Sequence record: PP449093.1
Length of the DNA stretch: 64,000 nucleotides
Direction: 5' to 3' (one strand)
Source of the DNA: Escherichia coli phage phiS
In this document: piece by piece, positions 1-9,447 of the stretch
Numbering within the stretch: the first letter of the stretch is position 1
Layout of the letters: every line of letters begins with the position of its first letter
The notes under the pieces: generated by a model
Told to the model about the DNA's origin: nothing
The model's input: only the letters and a program-made list of their open reading frames with translations
Database searches by the model: none
Program-made: the position numbers and the translations under genes

Positions 1-88
1 CATTGGCCTATGATAAAGCCGTTAAAGAACTTCATGGAGAATTTGCGGTTTTAAATTTCCCAAATGACTGATAAATGAGGAAAATATT

Positions 89-1912
89 ATGACAGATTTT
101 TTGATCCTTTCAGATAGGGAACATGTGATTCGCAGACCTCATATGTACGTGGGGAGCACAACGTATGAGGCTCAAAAACGCTTTTTGTTTGGTAAATGGC
201 AGTCTGTATCATACGTTCCCGGACTAGTTAAAATCATTGATGAGATCATCGACAACTCTGTAGACGAGGCGATTCGCACTAATTTTGAATTTGCCAATGT
301 GATTAGCGTCGATATCCAAAACAATATTGTTACGGTAACAGACAACGGTCGCGGTATTCCTCAACATATGGTTACTACACCAGAGGGCACGCAGATTCCG
401 CAACCTGTAGCCGCATGGACACGAACAAAAGCAGGGTCTAACTTTGATGATACCAATCGATTAACGCAAGGGATGAACGGTGTTGGGTCGTCGTTGTCAA
501 ATTTCTTTAGCGATTGGTTTACTGGTGTGACCTGTGACGGTGAAACAGAAATGACCGTTCAATGCACAAACGGTGCTGAAAATATCACATGGTCATCAAA
601 ACCATCAAAATTGAAGGGAACGAAGGTTACATTTTGTCCAGACTTCGACCACTTCGAAGGTTATATGATGGACAACTCTGTTTTAGATATTGTTCATGAT
701 CGTCTGCAATCATTGAGCGTAATCTTTCCTAAGATCACGTTTAAGTTTAATGGTAAACGTATTGTTAGTAAGTTCAAGGATTATGCTAAACTATACAATG
801 ATGATCCGTTTGTCATTGAAGATAAAAACTTCTCACTTGCCCTAGTTCCTGCGGTCGAGGGAGAAGGTTTTAAATCAGTATCCTTTGCTAATGGTCTGTT
901 TACCAAAAACGGGGGAACACACGTAGACTACGTGACAGATGATCTTTGTGAAGAGATTGTAAAACGAATCAAGAAAGAATATAAGGTTGATGTTACTAAA
1001 GCTGCGGTTAAGTCTGGATTGACCTGTATTCTTATTGTTCGTGAATTGCCAAACCTCCGTTTTGATTCACAGACAAAAGAACGATTGACTAATCCAACTG
1101 GTGATATCAAGCGTCATATTGATCTTGATTTTAAAAAGCTGGCTAAAGTCATTGCGAAGAAAGAAAACATTATCATGCCTATTATTGCTGTAGTCCTGGC
1201 ACGCAAAGAGGCAGCAGATAAAGCGGCAGCGACTAAGGCAGCAAAGGCAGCAAAACGGGCTAAGGTAGCAAAACACGTTAAAGCTAACCTTATTGGAACT
1301 GACGCAGAAACTACCCTGTTTTTGACGGAAGGTGATTCCGCGATCAACTATCTGATCTCTGTACGTGATCAAGATTTACATGGAGGTTTCCCGTTGCGAG
1401 GCAAAACTCTTACAACGTGGGAACAACCGGAGGCAAAGATCGTTAAGAACGCCGAAATTTTTAACATCATGGCGATCACTGGCTTGCAATTTGGTGTTGA
1501 TGCATTGGAAGTTATGCAATACAAAAATATTGCGATTATGACCGACGCTGATACTGACGGGATCGGGTCTATTAAACCTAGTCTGATCTCTTTCTTTGCA
1601 CGTTGGCCTGAATTGTTCGAAGATGGACGAATCCGGTTTATCAAAACACCTATTATCATTGCTGAACCAAAGAAAGGTGATGATGTTCGATGGTATTATG
1701 ACCTAGAAGAGTTCGAGAACGACCGAGATAATATCAAAGGTTACAACATTCGATATATCAAAGGTTTAGCATCGCTCACAGAATCAGACTATCATCGCGT
1801 GATCAACGATCCTGTCATGGAGATCATCACGTTACCGGAAAACTATAAAGAGCTATTCGATTTGCTCTATAGTGAAGATGCAGATCAGCGCAAAATTTGG
1901 ATGCAATCATAA
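89..1912 (+). CDS. 39: DNA topoisomerase II large subunit (GyrB-like), unsplit gp39
   Basis: 607-aa ORF; N-terminal region resembles T4 gp39 from memory; length covers T4 gene 39 plus gene 60 as one frame. Confidence 0.9.
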   Translation: MTDFLILSDREHVIRRPHMYVGSTTYEAQKRFLFGKWQSVSYVPGLVKIIDEIIDNSVDEAIRTNFEFANVISVDIQNNIVTVTDNGRGIPQHMVTTPEGTQIPQPVAAWTRTKAGSNFDDTNRLTQGMNGVGSSLSNFFSDWFTGVTCDGETEMTVQCTNGAENITWSSKPSKLKGTKVTFCPDFDHFEGYMMDNSVLDIVHDRLQSLSVIFPKITFKFNGKRIVSKFKDYAKLYNDDPFVIEDKNFSLALVPAVEGEGFKSVSFANGLFTKNGGTHVDYVTDDLCEEIVKRIKKEYKVDVTKAAVKSGLTCILIVRELPNLRFDSQTKERLTNPTGDIKRHIDLDFKKLAKVIAKKENIIMPIIAVVLARKEAADKAAATKAAKAAKRAKVAKHVKANLIGTDAETTLFLTEGDSAINYLISVRDQDLHGGFPLRGKTLTTWEQPEAKIVKNAEIFNIMAITGLQFGVDALEVMQYKNIAIMTDADTDGIGSIKPSLISFFARWPELFEDGRIRFIKTPIIIAEPKKGDDVRWYYDLEEFENDRDNIKGYNIRYIKGLASLTESDYHRVINDPVMEIITLPENYKELFDLLYSEDADQRKIWMQS

Positions 1913-1915
1913 CAC

Positions 1916-1943
1916 TTGACATACAAGGGAGATTCTCTATAAT
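1916..1943 (+). promoter_or_regulatory. sigma70-like early promoter (TTGACA, 16 nt spacer, TATAAT) with GGGAGA/TCTCCC dyad around the -10
   Basis: TTGACA at 1916-1921, TATAAT at 1938-1943; inverted repeat flanks the -10. Confidence 0.6.
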
Positions 1944-1977
1944 GGGAGTCTCCCTTTTCTTTTATGAGGATTTAATA

Positions 1978-2277
1978 ATGAGCAAAAAGAATAACATGAT
2001 GATGAGTATGGCAAAGTTCATGGAAGCAGACCTGATCAAAAATACAGTACAGCATGAACGCCAGCGCGAAGCCGCAGTGATTGCAGAACAAGGTTTTCAG
2101 GTTATCCGCAATCCACCTAAAGACACGGTTAAATCGAAATACAGAGACGATCTGAAAGACCATGAAGTACGGGAACTGGTTAATGATCTGCGTGACATTG
2201 CCATCAAATATCATGGTTATCAGTGCTTACGAGAACTGATCGCAGAGCGAGTAATGGACGCACTGAAAAAAGATTAA
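1978..2277 (+). CDS. hypothetical early protein (99 aa)
   Basis: ATG 12 nt after GAGGA; in frame with ORF-track 1897..2277, whose start lies inside the promoter. Confidence 0.55.
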   Translation: MSKKNNMMMSMAKFMEADLIKNTVQHERQREAAVIAEQGFQVIRNPPKDTVKSKYRDDLKDHEVRELVNDLRDIAIKYHGYQCLRELIAERVMDALKKD

Positions 2278-2284
2278 AAATCTG

Positions 2285-2313
2285 TTGACACTGGATCGGG
2301 GATATATCATAAT
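2285..2313 (+). promoter_or_regulatory. sigma70-like early promoter (TTGACA, 17 nt spacer, CATAAT)
   Basis: TTGACA 2285-2290, CATAAT 2308-2313; GGGGA/TCCCC dyad flanks the -10. Confidence 0.6.
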
Positions 2314-2343
2314 GTCCCCATCAAAAACAAAAGGTTGACTTAT

Positions 2344-2538
2344 ATGAAACCGTTTAAGAATGAAGAAACTCAAAAATTTTGTGAAAAAATTGCAGAAATC
2401 TACTTGACAGGGGATAAGGAAAAAGCTAATATTATGTTCAAAGAGTCGGTTTCCATGATGAAAGTAGCACGCTGGGAACTGATCGCAATGCAAGACCAAA
2501 TTCGTTATCTAGTAACAAAGGAGAATCAAAATGCGTAA
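2344..2538 (+). CDS. hypothetical early protein (64 aa)
   Basis: ATG after AAAAGG; ORF-track start at 2335 is a TTG inside the promoter region. Confidence 0.5.
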   Translation: MKPFKNEETQKFCEKIAEIYLTGDKEKANIMFKESVSMMKVARWELIAMQDQIRYLVTKENQNA

Positions 2539-2725
2539 CCATTACATCTAACTGGCAAGCCGTAAAGTTTCAGACCTGAAAGGCGTAATTGCTTACTATG
2601 AAGAAGTCCTGAAAAACAAAATTGCTGATTGGGAACGTAAAGAATACAGCAAGTGCTTAGAGAAAAGCCGCGCTGAACTGGTTGACGCAGAAGCCCATCT
2701 GCAATGGGTGATTGAAAATGTATAA
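2531..2725 (+). pseudogene. small ORF with consensus SD+ATG, in-frame TAA at codon 7, then a 58-codon open frame
   Basis: GGAGAATCAAAATG at 2518-2533; TAA at 2549-2551; downstream frame open to 2725 with no ATG. Confidence 0.3.
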
Positions 2726-2735
2726 GGAGTAGAAA

Positions 2736-2993
2736 ATGAATAGAAGTTTTGATTTTATGTTCGCCAAGTATCATCGAGACAAGAAATCGATGGACCTGTT
2801 TATGAAATGTCTGAGGTATGAATATGCGCACCTTCGTAAACACAAAATTGACCCGCAAGTTTCCTACGAAAACATCAAGAAATATGCGAAAGAAGTGATT
2901 GACAACGATTGCACCGTGACATATAATGCGTTTATTGATTTATGGGCGTGGGATGTAATCTACGCAGAGATGGACAAAGAAGATTTTAATTAA
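2736..2993 (+). CDS. hypothetical early protein (85 aa)
   Basis: ORF with AAGGAG SD. Confidence 0.55.
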   Translation: MNRSFDFMFAKYHRDKKSMDLFMKCLRYEYAHLRKHKIDPQVSYENIKKYAKEVIDNDCTVTYNAFIDLWAWDVIYAEMDKEDFN

Positions 2994-3007
2994 GTGAGGA
3001 TTATATT

Positions 3008-5116
3008 ATGAAAATGCATATTGATAATGAAGAAGTATTTGGTAGTGACCTGAGCGGTGCGGTTGATTTTTCACTGAAAGCAAGTAGCAAGGCTTTTATG
3101 GTGCTTTCTAAGAATACCTATCAATATTGTGAGCGTGCTTGCGTCCGTGAATATTCATGTAATGCTACCGACACTCACAAAGAAGCCGGAACCTTAGACC
3201 GTCCGTTTGATATTCATTTACCGACTGCAATCGAACCGTATTTTTCTGTGCGTGATTATGGTACTGGTATTCCGTCTAAGAAAGAATTAGAACAACTGTT
3301 TACGGTTTACTTTGAATCAACAAAAGACCAGACTAATGACTATATCGGATCTTTTGGTTTAGGTGCGAAGTCTGCGTATAGCTATACCGACACCTTTACA
3401 ATCGTAAACTATTACAATGGTCGCGCTTATGGCTTTACAGCATTTGTGCAAAACTCTATGCCGAAAATGGTGCAGATTTTCGACGAACCGACCTATGAAG
3501 ACAATGGTCTGAAAATCACTATTCCGGTGAAAGAAAAAGACATTCAGACATGGCATCGAGAAGCGCAATTTGTACTGCGTCATTTTGGGGAACACAAACC
3601 TAATATCAATGCAATCGAAATTAATTATTTCCCTAGCTTTGATAATTATTATGTGTGTAATGGGCGTGATAACGATTCCTATGTAGTATATGCAATCATG
3701 GGTAAGATTCAGTATCCGATCCCGTATGAATATGTTCGCGGAACATGGTTAGAAGCTGTAAACCGCCAGCACCAGACCATTTACATTAATTTTGAGTTGG
3801 GTGATCTGGACCTGATGCCATCGCGTGAAGAAGTTCACTTGTCAATTGAGACTAAAGCGAACATCGAAAAACGTATTGCAGAAATCAATGAAATGATGTT
3901 GGAAAAGGTCAAAGAGAAGATCGCCAACATTAAAACAGAGCGTAAACTTGCGCAATTTATGAGCGAGTATTCATCGACTCAACGCAATATTATTAGCAAG
4001 ATGGGTAAGATCGGACAATGGGATGATCCGGTAGCAATCTATAATAAGTTTGTGAATGCGGGTAAAGATTCGCCTAATGACGTAGAAGGTCAGGTGTATA
4101 CTCTGTATCGTACTCGTCACACAATCAGTAAATTGCGCCCTGCTTTCGTTAGAAGTCAATACAACATTACGCATTTTGTATGGATGCATAAAGAAGATAT
4201 TCTGTGTGTAATTGATGATACCGATAAACCGAAACTGCGTGCACTGACTCTTAACGGCATGGTCCAGGAATACGGAATCAATAAAAAGGTACTTGTGTTC
4301 CGTCAGCGCAACGAAAAACATATGGAGACTTTCGAGTACATCAAACAGTATTATGATGATTCTGAAATGACCGTGATTAAAGTGTCTGAGGCCGATGATC
4401 TGCGTGCTAAAGCAGTTAAACCGGAGAAGACCGAGCGTACACAACATGAAGCGACTCCTAAGCTGCCTAACGTGTATATCATGGAAAAGATTGGTGACAG
4501 TTGGCATAAAACCAGCCATCACATGAAAGCGGCAGAGATTCGCGAGTTATCAGGCTTGCACATGTTCCGCGTAGGTGATGCATTCGAAAGCCGTAGTCGT
4601 AAATCGATCCATAGTGAAAATACATTACACACGGCGCTTGACTACTTCGGGGTAACAAAGTATATTATTACCCGTAACGAGACACAAAAATATCTCGTTG
4701 ACGAACAATTGGAATGTGCGCTAGAATTTGTTCGCGGTAAGCTGGCTGGTCTGGCTAAGAAGGTTAAGACCAATCATCTGGGGTATGGCGAATATCTGGG
4801 TGTGATCACTATGTTGTTTCATGACGATGAACTAGAACGCTGTGTTCCAGAATTTATTGACAGACTGTACGGTCGTCATTATAATAAAGAGGTTTCCAAG
4901 TTACTCCTTCGCACCCGTTGGATTATGGACGAAGAAACTAAAAAGATTTGTGATGAAAAATTCACGGCAGCAAACGAACGAATTAAAGCAGTTTGTGCGA
5001 AGTTTAAAGAGAATAGCCCGTTACTGTATGATATTGTAGATAACTGGTATCGTATTCTGCATAACGACAAACGCGCACAAGACTTTATGAAACTGGTTAA
5101 GAATGTTAAATTTTAA
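3008..5116 (+). CDS. rIIA: rIIA protector-from-prophage-exclusion protein (GHKL ATPase-like)
   Basis: 702-aa ORF; histidine-kinase-like ATPase motifs (DYGTGIP, GSFGLGAKS); sits between gp39 and rIIB as in T4. Confidence 0.85.
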   Translation: MKMHIDNEEVFGSDLSGAVDFSLKASSKAFMVLSKNTYQYCERACVREYSCNATDTHKEAGTLDRPFDIHLPTAIEPYFSVRDYGTGIPSKKELEQLFTVYFESTKDQTNDYIGSFGLGAKSAYSYTDTFTIVNYYNGRAYGFTAFVQNSMPKMVQIFDEPTYEDNGLKITIPVKEKDIQTWHREAQFVLRHFGEHKPNINAIEINYFPSFDNYYVCNGRDNDSYVVYAIMGKIQYPIPYEYVRGTWLEAVNRQHQTIYINFELGDLDLMPSREEVHLSIETKANIEKRIAEINEMMLEKVKEKIANIKTERKLAQFMSEYSSTQRNIISKMGKIGQWDDPVAIYNKFVNAGKDSPNDVEGQVYTLYRTRHTISKLRPAFVRSQYNITHFVWMHKEDILCVIDDTDKPKLRALTLNGMVQEYGINKKVLVFRQRNEKHMETFEYIKQYYDDSEMTVIKVSEADDLRAKAVKPEKTERTQHEATPKLPNVYIMEKIGDSWHKTSHHMKAAEIRELSGLHMFRVGDAFESRSRKSIHSENTLHTALDYFGVTKYIITRNETQKYLVDEQLECALEFVRGKLAGLAKKVKTNHLGYGEYLGVITMLFHDDELERCVPEFIDRLYGRHYNKEVSKLLLRTRWIMDEETKKICDEKFTAANERIKAVCAKFKENSPLLYDIVDNWYRILHNDKRAQDFMKLVKNVKF

Positions 5117-5127
5117 GAGGTGATATT

Positions 5128-5259
5128 ATGACTAAACTGACCGCTATCCAGAAAGAAACCATCCGTAAACAATACGCTCGCGGCTTGACTAAAGGCGAAC
5201 TGGCACGAATCTATAATGTATCAGACCGCACAATCCGCAAGGTTGTAGAAGCAAAATAA
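5128..5259 (+). CDS. small helix-turn-helix protein (43 aa)
   Basis: AGAGGTGA SD then ATG; LTKGELARIYNVSDRTIRKV resembles an HTH; below ORF-track length cutoff. Confidence 0.45.
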   Translation: MTKLTAIQKETIRKQYARGLTKGELARIYNVSDRTIRKVVEAK

Positions 5260-5312
5260 TTCTGGTATAATGATGTGAATCGGGCGGCGATAGTCGCCCA
5301 ACTAATAGAGGA

Positions 5313-6314
5313 ATGAATACTATGACTAAAGCAAAAATCACCGTCTCTGACCGTAACGTTCAATGCCTGGATTCTGCGAAACAAATCAAACTGGCTAAAC
5401 AGTGGGGCGAAGGTAAGTTTACTACCCGCGAAGCACTTGCGGCAGCATTTGGTGTATCTCGTCGTACTGCTTCCCGTGTATTACTGATTCAGAAAGACGC
5501 AGTAGCGGAAGGTCGCAAGGCACTAGAAAAACGTAAAGCACGCCGTAAAACAAGTAAAGGAAAAGGCGGTGAACGCGCAAAAAAGCCCGTGACTACTACC
5601 TCAAAAATCGTAGCCATAGCCTCAACTAAGTTTATTACTATTACATGCGGTGACATTGTTTATATTGCTGATCCATCACATGTTAACTTTAAGGAAGCAC
5701 TGGAAGCAGTTAAGCAGAATGATTTTATTAAAGCAATTACGCTGATTGACATTAAGAAAGCGGTTGAAGTATATTATCACGGCGCTTTCCGTATCGAAAA
5801 TGGTATTGTGTATTATCATAATATTGTTCTTGATAATAATCTGACTCGTCGAGTTGTTGAGTCTATTAAAGAGAATAAGCCATATACGCACTATCTGAAC
5901 TTCTTTGAGAAGTGCAAGAAAAACCCTAGCCGTAAGGCGGTAGATCGTCTGTTTGACTTCTTAGAACACAACGACATTGAGATCGGGGAAGATGGTTGTT
6001 TCTATGCATGGAAACGTGTTGATGTTGATTATAAAGATTTCTTTACGCATACGTTTGATAATAGCCCAGGGCGCACGGTTAAAATGAAGCGTAAAGACGT
6101 TGGCCCAGATGATGATCGCACTTGCTCTAATGGCCTCCACGTTGCAGCGAAACACTATATTCCACACTATGGCGGTGGACGAGGCCGAATCATTAAATGT
6201 AAAGTTGATCCGCGTCACGTTGTAAGTATCCCGAAAGATTATGCGAATGCCAAAATGCGCTGTCATCGTTACTATGTGGTTGAAGATGTAACCGAAGGTT
6301 TTAGCCATTACTAA
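5313..6314 (+). CDS. rIIB: rIIB protein
   Basis: C-terminal two thirds resemble T4 rIIB from memory (SRLFDFL..IEI.EDG.FYAWK, FDNSPG, VVSIP.DY.NAKMR); start may be the ATG at 5322. Confidence 0.85.
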   Translation: MNTMTKAKITVSDRNVQCLDSAKQIKLAKQWGEGKFTTREALAAAFGVSRRTASRVLLIQKDAVAEGRKALEKRKARRKTSKGKGGERAKKPVTTTSKIVAIASTKFITITCGDIVYIADPSHVNFKEALEAVKQNDFIKAITLIDIKKAVEVYYHGAFRIENGIVYYHNIVLDNNLTRRVVESIKENKPYTHYLNFFEKCKKNPSRKAVDRLFDFLEHNDIEIGEDGCFYAWKRVDVDYKDFFTHTFDNSPGRTVKMKRKDVGPDDDRTCSNGLHVAAKHYIPHYGGGRGRIIKCKVDPRHVVSIPKDYANAKMRCHRYYVVEDVTEGFSHY

Positions 6315-6328
6315 CAGAGGAATTAATT

Positions 6329-6655
6329 ATGGTTGATATGAAAGTTACTTGCGAAAGTGCACATGTTGAAGTTGAAAGTAGCCAATATTCATTGCGTCCG
6401 TCCGGTCGCGTTACTGTGACTATGGATGATGTTGATTTGGTTAATAATGTTAGTGTTGAAGATATCGTTAATGAGTATGATCATAGCGAACTGCTAGACG
6501 CAATTCCTGAACATGTTGTGATCCAGCACGTAGTAAGCAATAATGATCCATCGACTTTCATTAAAGAATATGGCGCTGATGAAATGCTCGATGAAATTGG
6601 CGAAAAGATTGTTATTGCATGGCTTGAAAACAACGGCTATACTGTAGAACAATAA
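6329..6655 (+). CDS. hypothetical strongly acidic protein (108 aa)
   Basis: ORF with SD; about 23 Asp/Glu against 5 Lys/Arg. Confidence 0.55.
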   Translation: MVDMKVTCESAHVEVESSQYSLRPSGRVTVTMDDVDLVNNVSVEDIVNEYDHSELLDAIPEHVVIQHVVSNNDPSTFIKEYGADEMLDEIGEKIVIAWLENNGYTVEQ

Positions 6656-6663
6656 TCAACATA

Positions 6664-6686
6664 GGCCGCTTTGCGCGGCCTTTCTT
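6664..6686 (+). terminator. rho-independent terminator-like hairpin
   Basis: GGCCGC-TTTGC-GCGGCC followed by TTTCTT. Confidence 0.5.
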
Positions 6687-6700
6687 AGAGGGAATACATT

Positions 6701-6994
6701 ATGACGGTCACGGTTATTACCAAATACGACGACGAAAATGTGATTTACGGTGACGTGGTTGTTGTTCACGGTCGTAGCATGAAAGTTACTGGTAATTGTA
6801 AAGATGGTGCTATTATTTGCGGTGAATTGGTGAGAACAGTCAATCCTATCACCGACGAACAAAAGCGAGTTATTATCAGAAAACTTAAAGACAGTGGATA
6901 TTGTAACGTCGTGGTGATTCAAGAAAAAATTGAAGTAGGCCAGTTATACACAAACCAGAAAACAATTCCAGTATCAATGATAAAAGGCGGTTAA
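6701..6994 (+). CDS. hypothetical protein (97 aa)
   Basis: ORF with GAGGGA SD. Confidence 0.55.
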   Translation: MTVTVITKYDDENVIYGDVVVVHGRSMKVTGNCKDGAIICGELVRTVNPITDEQKRVIIRKLKDSGYCNVVVIQEKIEVGQLYTNQKTIPVSMIKGG

Positions 6995-7023
6995 TTTCCA
7001 GTATCAATGATAAAAGGCGGTTA
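6966..7023 (+). repeat. perfect 29-bp tandem duplication (2 copies)
   Basis: TTCCAGTATCAATGATAAAAGGCGGTTAA at 6966-6994 and 6995-7023; spans the stop of the 6701 ORF and the RBS of the 7027 ORF. Confidence 0.9.
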
Positions 7024-7026
7024 ATA

Positions 7027-7389
7027 ATGCTAGGTCATTCTAAAATAGAAGATTGCTCATTCAGAGCAATGAAAGATGATTTTTCAGTCCTGTACGCGTC
7101 TATCCGAGAGTTGTTTGTAGATTTTAAGCAATTCAGAGAATACAAAGGCGTTAAGATGCGGGAGTGGGTATTCTGGCCTTTCTATATCATTACTCTGTTT
7201 TCTATGGTATTTTGTTTTGTCGGGATCACGATCGCTAGCTTTGTTACTTGCGCTTTCCTGATTATCCGGTGTATCATGTTTGCTTTGATTGCTGCCCCGT
7301 TTATTGTTTCAATCCTTCCGTTAAAATGGCTATTGGATTGGGCTGATAAATCTGATAAAGTAAAGAATGTGATTTGTAAGCGTGTATGA
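7027..7389 (+). CDS. hypothetical membrane protein (120 aa)
   Basis: ORF with long hydrophobic segments in the C-terminal half. Confidence 0.55.
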   Translation: MLGHSKIEDCSFRAMKDDFSVLYASIRELFVDFKQFREYKGVKMREWVFWPFYIITLFSMVFCFVGITIASFVTCAFLIIRCIMFALIAAPFIVSILPLKWLLDWADKSDKVKNVICKRV

Positions 7390-7396
7390 GGTGAAG

Positions 7397-8743
7397 ATGA
7401 ATAAATCAGTTACTTACCGTAGCCTTGAAAGCATTGTACATAATGAAGCTAAGGAATATGCGATCTATTCTGCCGAGGAACGCGGGATTCCTCAATTAGT
7501 TGATGGTCTTAAACCAGTGCAACGCTTTGTTATGGAATGTGCTTTGCAAAAGAGTAAAGGCGACCGTAAGAAATTCCGTAAGATGGCAGATATTGGATCT
7601 GGTGTTGCTGAGTTGGGTTATCACCACGGGGAAACTAATGCCGTAGAAGCCGGATCACTCATGGCGAATACATGGAGCAATAATACTCCACTGCTTGATG
7701 GTCAAGGTAACTTCGGATCGCGTTTAGTCCAGAAAGCAGGTGCGGCACGTTATATCTTTGCTCGTGTGCATGAAAACTTCTTTAAAATCTATAAAGATAT
7801 GAATTGCGCACCTAAGCACGAAGATCTGGAACACATCCCGCCAGCGTTCTACTTGCCAGTTGTTCCAATGGTATTGGCTAACGGTATTAGTGGTATTGCT
7901 ACAGGGTATAAAACTGACATTTTACCGCATTCACTGGAAAGCCTTATTGAATGCACAGAGCTAGCACTTGCCGGAAAACTGGATAAAGAACCTAGTGTTC
8001 AATTCCCGAAATTCACGGGTAAAGTTATCCCACGAGATGATCGCGATGGTGTGATTCTTGAGGGTACATATGAACTAAACGGCAAGACTAAACTGACAAT
8101 ATCAGAAGTTCCTTATAAGTTCGACCGTGAAGAATATGTAGCGGTACTGGATGCACTGGAAGAAAAAGATCTGATTGTCTCATATAATGACCGTTGCTCT
8201 AAGGACGGATTCAGATTTGAAGTAACACTGAAACGCGATTATTTCAAAAGCGAAGATGAATCCGCTCGACATGAGCAGATCATGAAGGATTTTAAACTAA
8301 CGCAGTTAGTAGCACAGAATATCGTAGTGGTTAATGAACGTGGTTTAGTCGAAGTATTCGAGAAAGCGAGCGATCTGATCCGTCGATTCGTCGAAATCCG
8401 CTTAGGCTATATAGACAAACGCATTGAATTGATGCAAGCGGAAACGCTAGAAGCATACAATTATGCAATGGCTAAAGCCGAATTTATCGACCGCGTAATT
8501 AAGGGCGAAATCGAGCTACAGGGCAAGAAAAAGGCCGAGGTAATGCAATCCATCAATGGACATGAAAAACTGCGTCCATACGCCGATAAGCTAGTTTCTA
8601 TGCCATTGTATAGCGTTACTCAAGAAGAGTATGAACGACTGGTCAAAGATGCCGATAAACATCATAGTGAATATGAGTATTGGACAAAGACGACCGCAAT
8701 GAAGGAATATAAGAAAGATCTTAAAGAACTTAAGAAGGGTTGA
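7397..8743 (+). CDS. 52: DNA topoisomerase II medium subunit (GyrA-like)
   Basis: Matches T4 gp52 from memory (GLKPVQRF, LLDGQGNFGSR, ARYIFARV); ORF-track start at 7382 is GTG, ATG at 7397 follows GAGGTGA. Confidence 0.9.
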   Translation: MNKSVTYRSLESIVHNEAKEYAIYSAEERGIPQLVDGLKPVQRFVMECALQKSKGDRKKFRKMADIGSGVAELGYHHGETNAVEAGSLMANTWSNNTPLLDGQGNFGSRLVQKAGAARYIFARVHENFFKIYKDMNCAPKHEDLEHIPPAFYLPVVPMVLANGISGIATGYKTDILPHSLESLIECTELALAGKLDKEPSVQFPKFTGKVIPRDDRDGVILEGTYELNGKTKLTISEVPYKFDREEYVAVLDALEEKDLIVSYNDRCSKDGFRFEVTLKRDYFKSEDESARHEQIMKDFKLTQLVAQNIVVVNERGLVEVFEKASDLIRRFVEIRLGYIDKRIELMQAETLEAYNYAMAKAEFIDRVIKGEIELQGKKKAEVMQSINGHEKLRPYADKLVSMPLYSVTQEEYERLVKDADKHHSEYEYWTKTTAMKEYKKDLKELKKG

Positions 8744-8745
8744 TT

Positions 8746-8949
8746 ATGAAAGAATATCCAGAAGGCGGTTATATTGCATTTGTGTACAACAATAAAAAGA
8801 TTGTGCCAATGGTCGTTGAGACTATGGAAGAAGCCAACCGGATCACTATTGAATCTCTGAATAAGTTAGCAGAGATAACAAACACACCAGAACACAGAGC
8901 AACGATAGACTATTTGATGAAAGAATTTTTGGAGGGAAAGTATGACTGA
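8746..8949 (+). CDS. hypothetical protein (67 aa)
   Basis: ORF directly after gp52; ATG at 8746. Confidence 0.5.
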   Translation: MKEYPEGGYIAFVYNNKKIVPMVVETMEEANRITIESLNKLAEITNTPEHRATIDYLMKEFLEGKYD

Positions 8950-9337
8950 ACGACGCATTACTTCAAGTAATTTAGGCAATCATCATGCATGGATGGTTGA
9001 TCCAGACAAAAATCCTTATAAACTGTACGACACAACAATTCAACCGTGGGATACTGGCGTATGGAAAACATCACCGACAACAGCACCTATTATGACCGAT
9101 CCGAAACCGATTAGCCCGATGGCGGAACCAGTACAGATTAAGCCGTTACCATACCAGATAACGACGAATAGCATCGCCAACAAGCAAGAAAATGATATTG
9201 ATATGATCTACGAGATGATCAAACTTTGGCGTGATGTTTATCTTGGTGTTCTTTGCAACACAGATAAAAGTGCACATGCGGCAGCGGTACTTGCATCTCA
9301 TGCGGTAGACGAAGCCAAAAAGAAATTTAGTAAGTAA
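8942..9337 (+). CDS. hypothetical protein (131 aa)
   Basis: ORF with GGAGGGA SD; ATGA overlap with upstream gene. Confidence 0.55.
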   Translation: MTERRITSSNLGNHHAWMVDPDKNPYKLYDTTIQPWDTGVWKTSPTTAPIMTDPKPISPMAEPVQIKPLPYQITTNSIANKQENDIDMIYEMIKLWRDVYLGVLCNTDKSAHAAAVLASHAVDEAKKKFSK

Positions 9338-9346
9338 CTGATTATT

Positions 9347-9376
9347 AAGCCGATCCTTGTGGTCGGCTTTTTTATT
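9347..9376 (+). terminator. rho-independent terminator
   Basis: AAGCCGATC-CTTGTG-GTCGGCTT followed by a T-run. Confidence 0.7.
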
Positions 9377-9387
9377 TTAAAAAGTTG

Positions 9388-9416
9388 TTGACTTACAGAA
9401 TCCAACATCGCATAAT
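9388..9416 (+). promoter_or_regulatory. early promoter cassette (TTGACT, 17 nt spacer, CATAAT)
   Basis: AAAAGTTGTTGACT upstream A-tract and -35, CATAAT -10, conserved ACACCCATACC leader. Confidence 0.65.
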
Positions 9417-9447
9417 ACACCCATACCAAACAAAAGGAGAATCAAAG

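Noticed and set aside
89-1912. Split topoisomerase (gene 39 plus gene 60 with translational bypass) as in T4
   Set aside because: gp39 is one uninterrupted 607-aa frame here; no separate gene 60 or 50-nt bypass gap.
3971-4522. 183-aa minus-strand ORF inside rIIA, and similar antisense ORFs inside gp39, gp34, gp37, nrdA and alt
   Set aside because: Fully embedded antisense to well-supported long genes, with no ribosome-binding sites; treated as frame noise.
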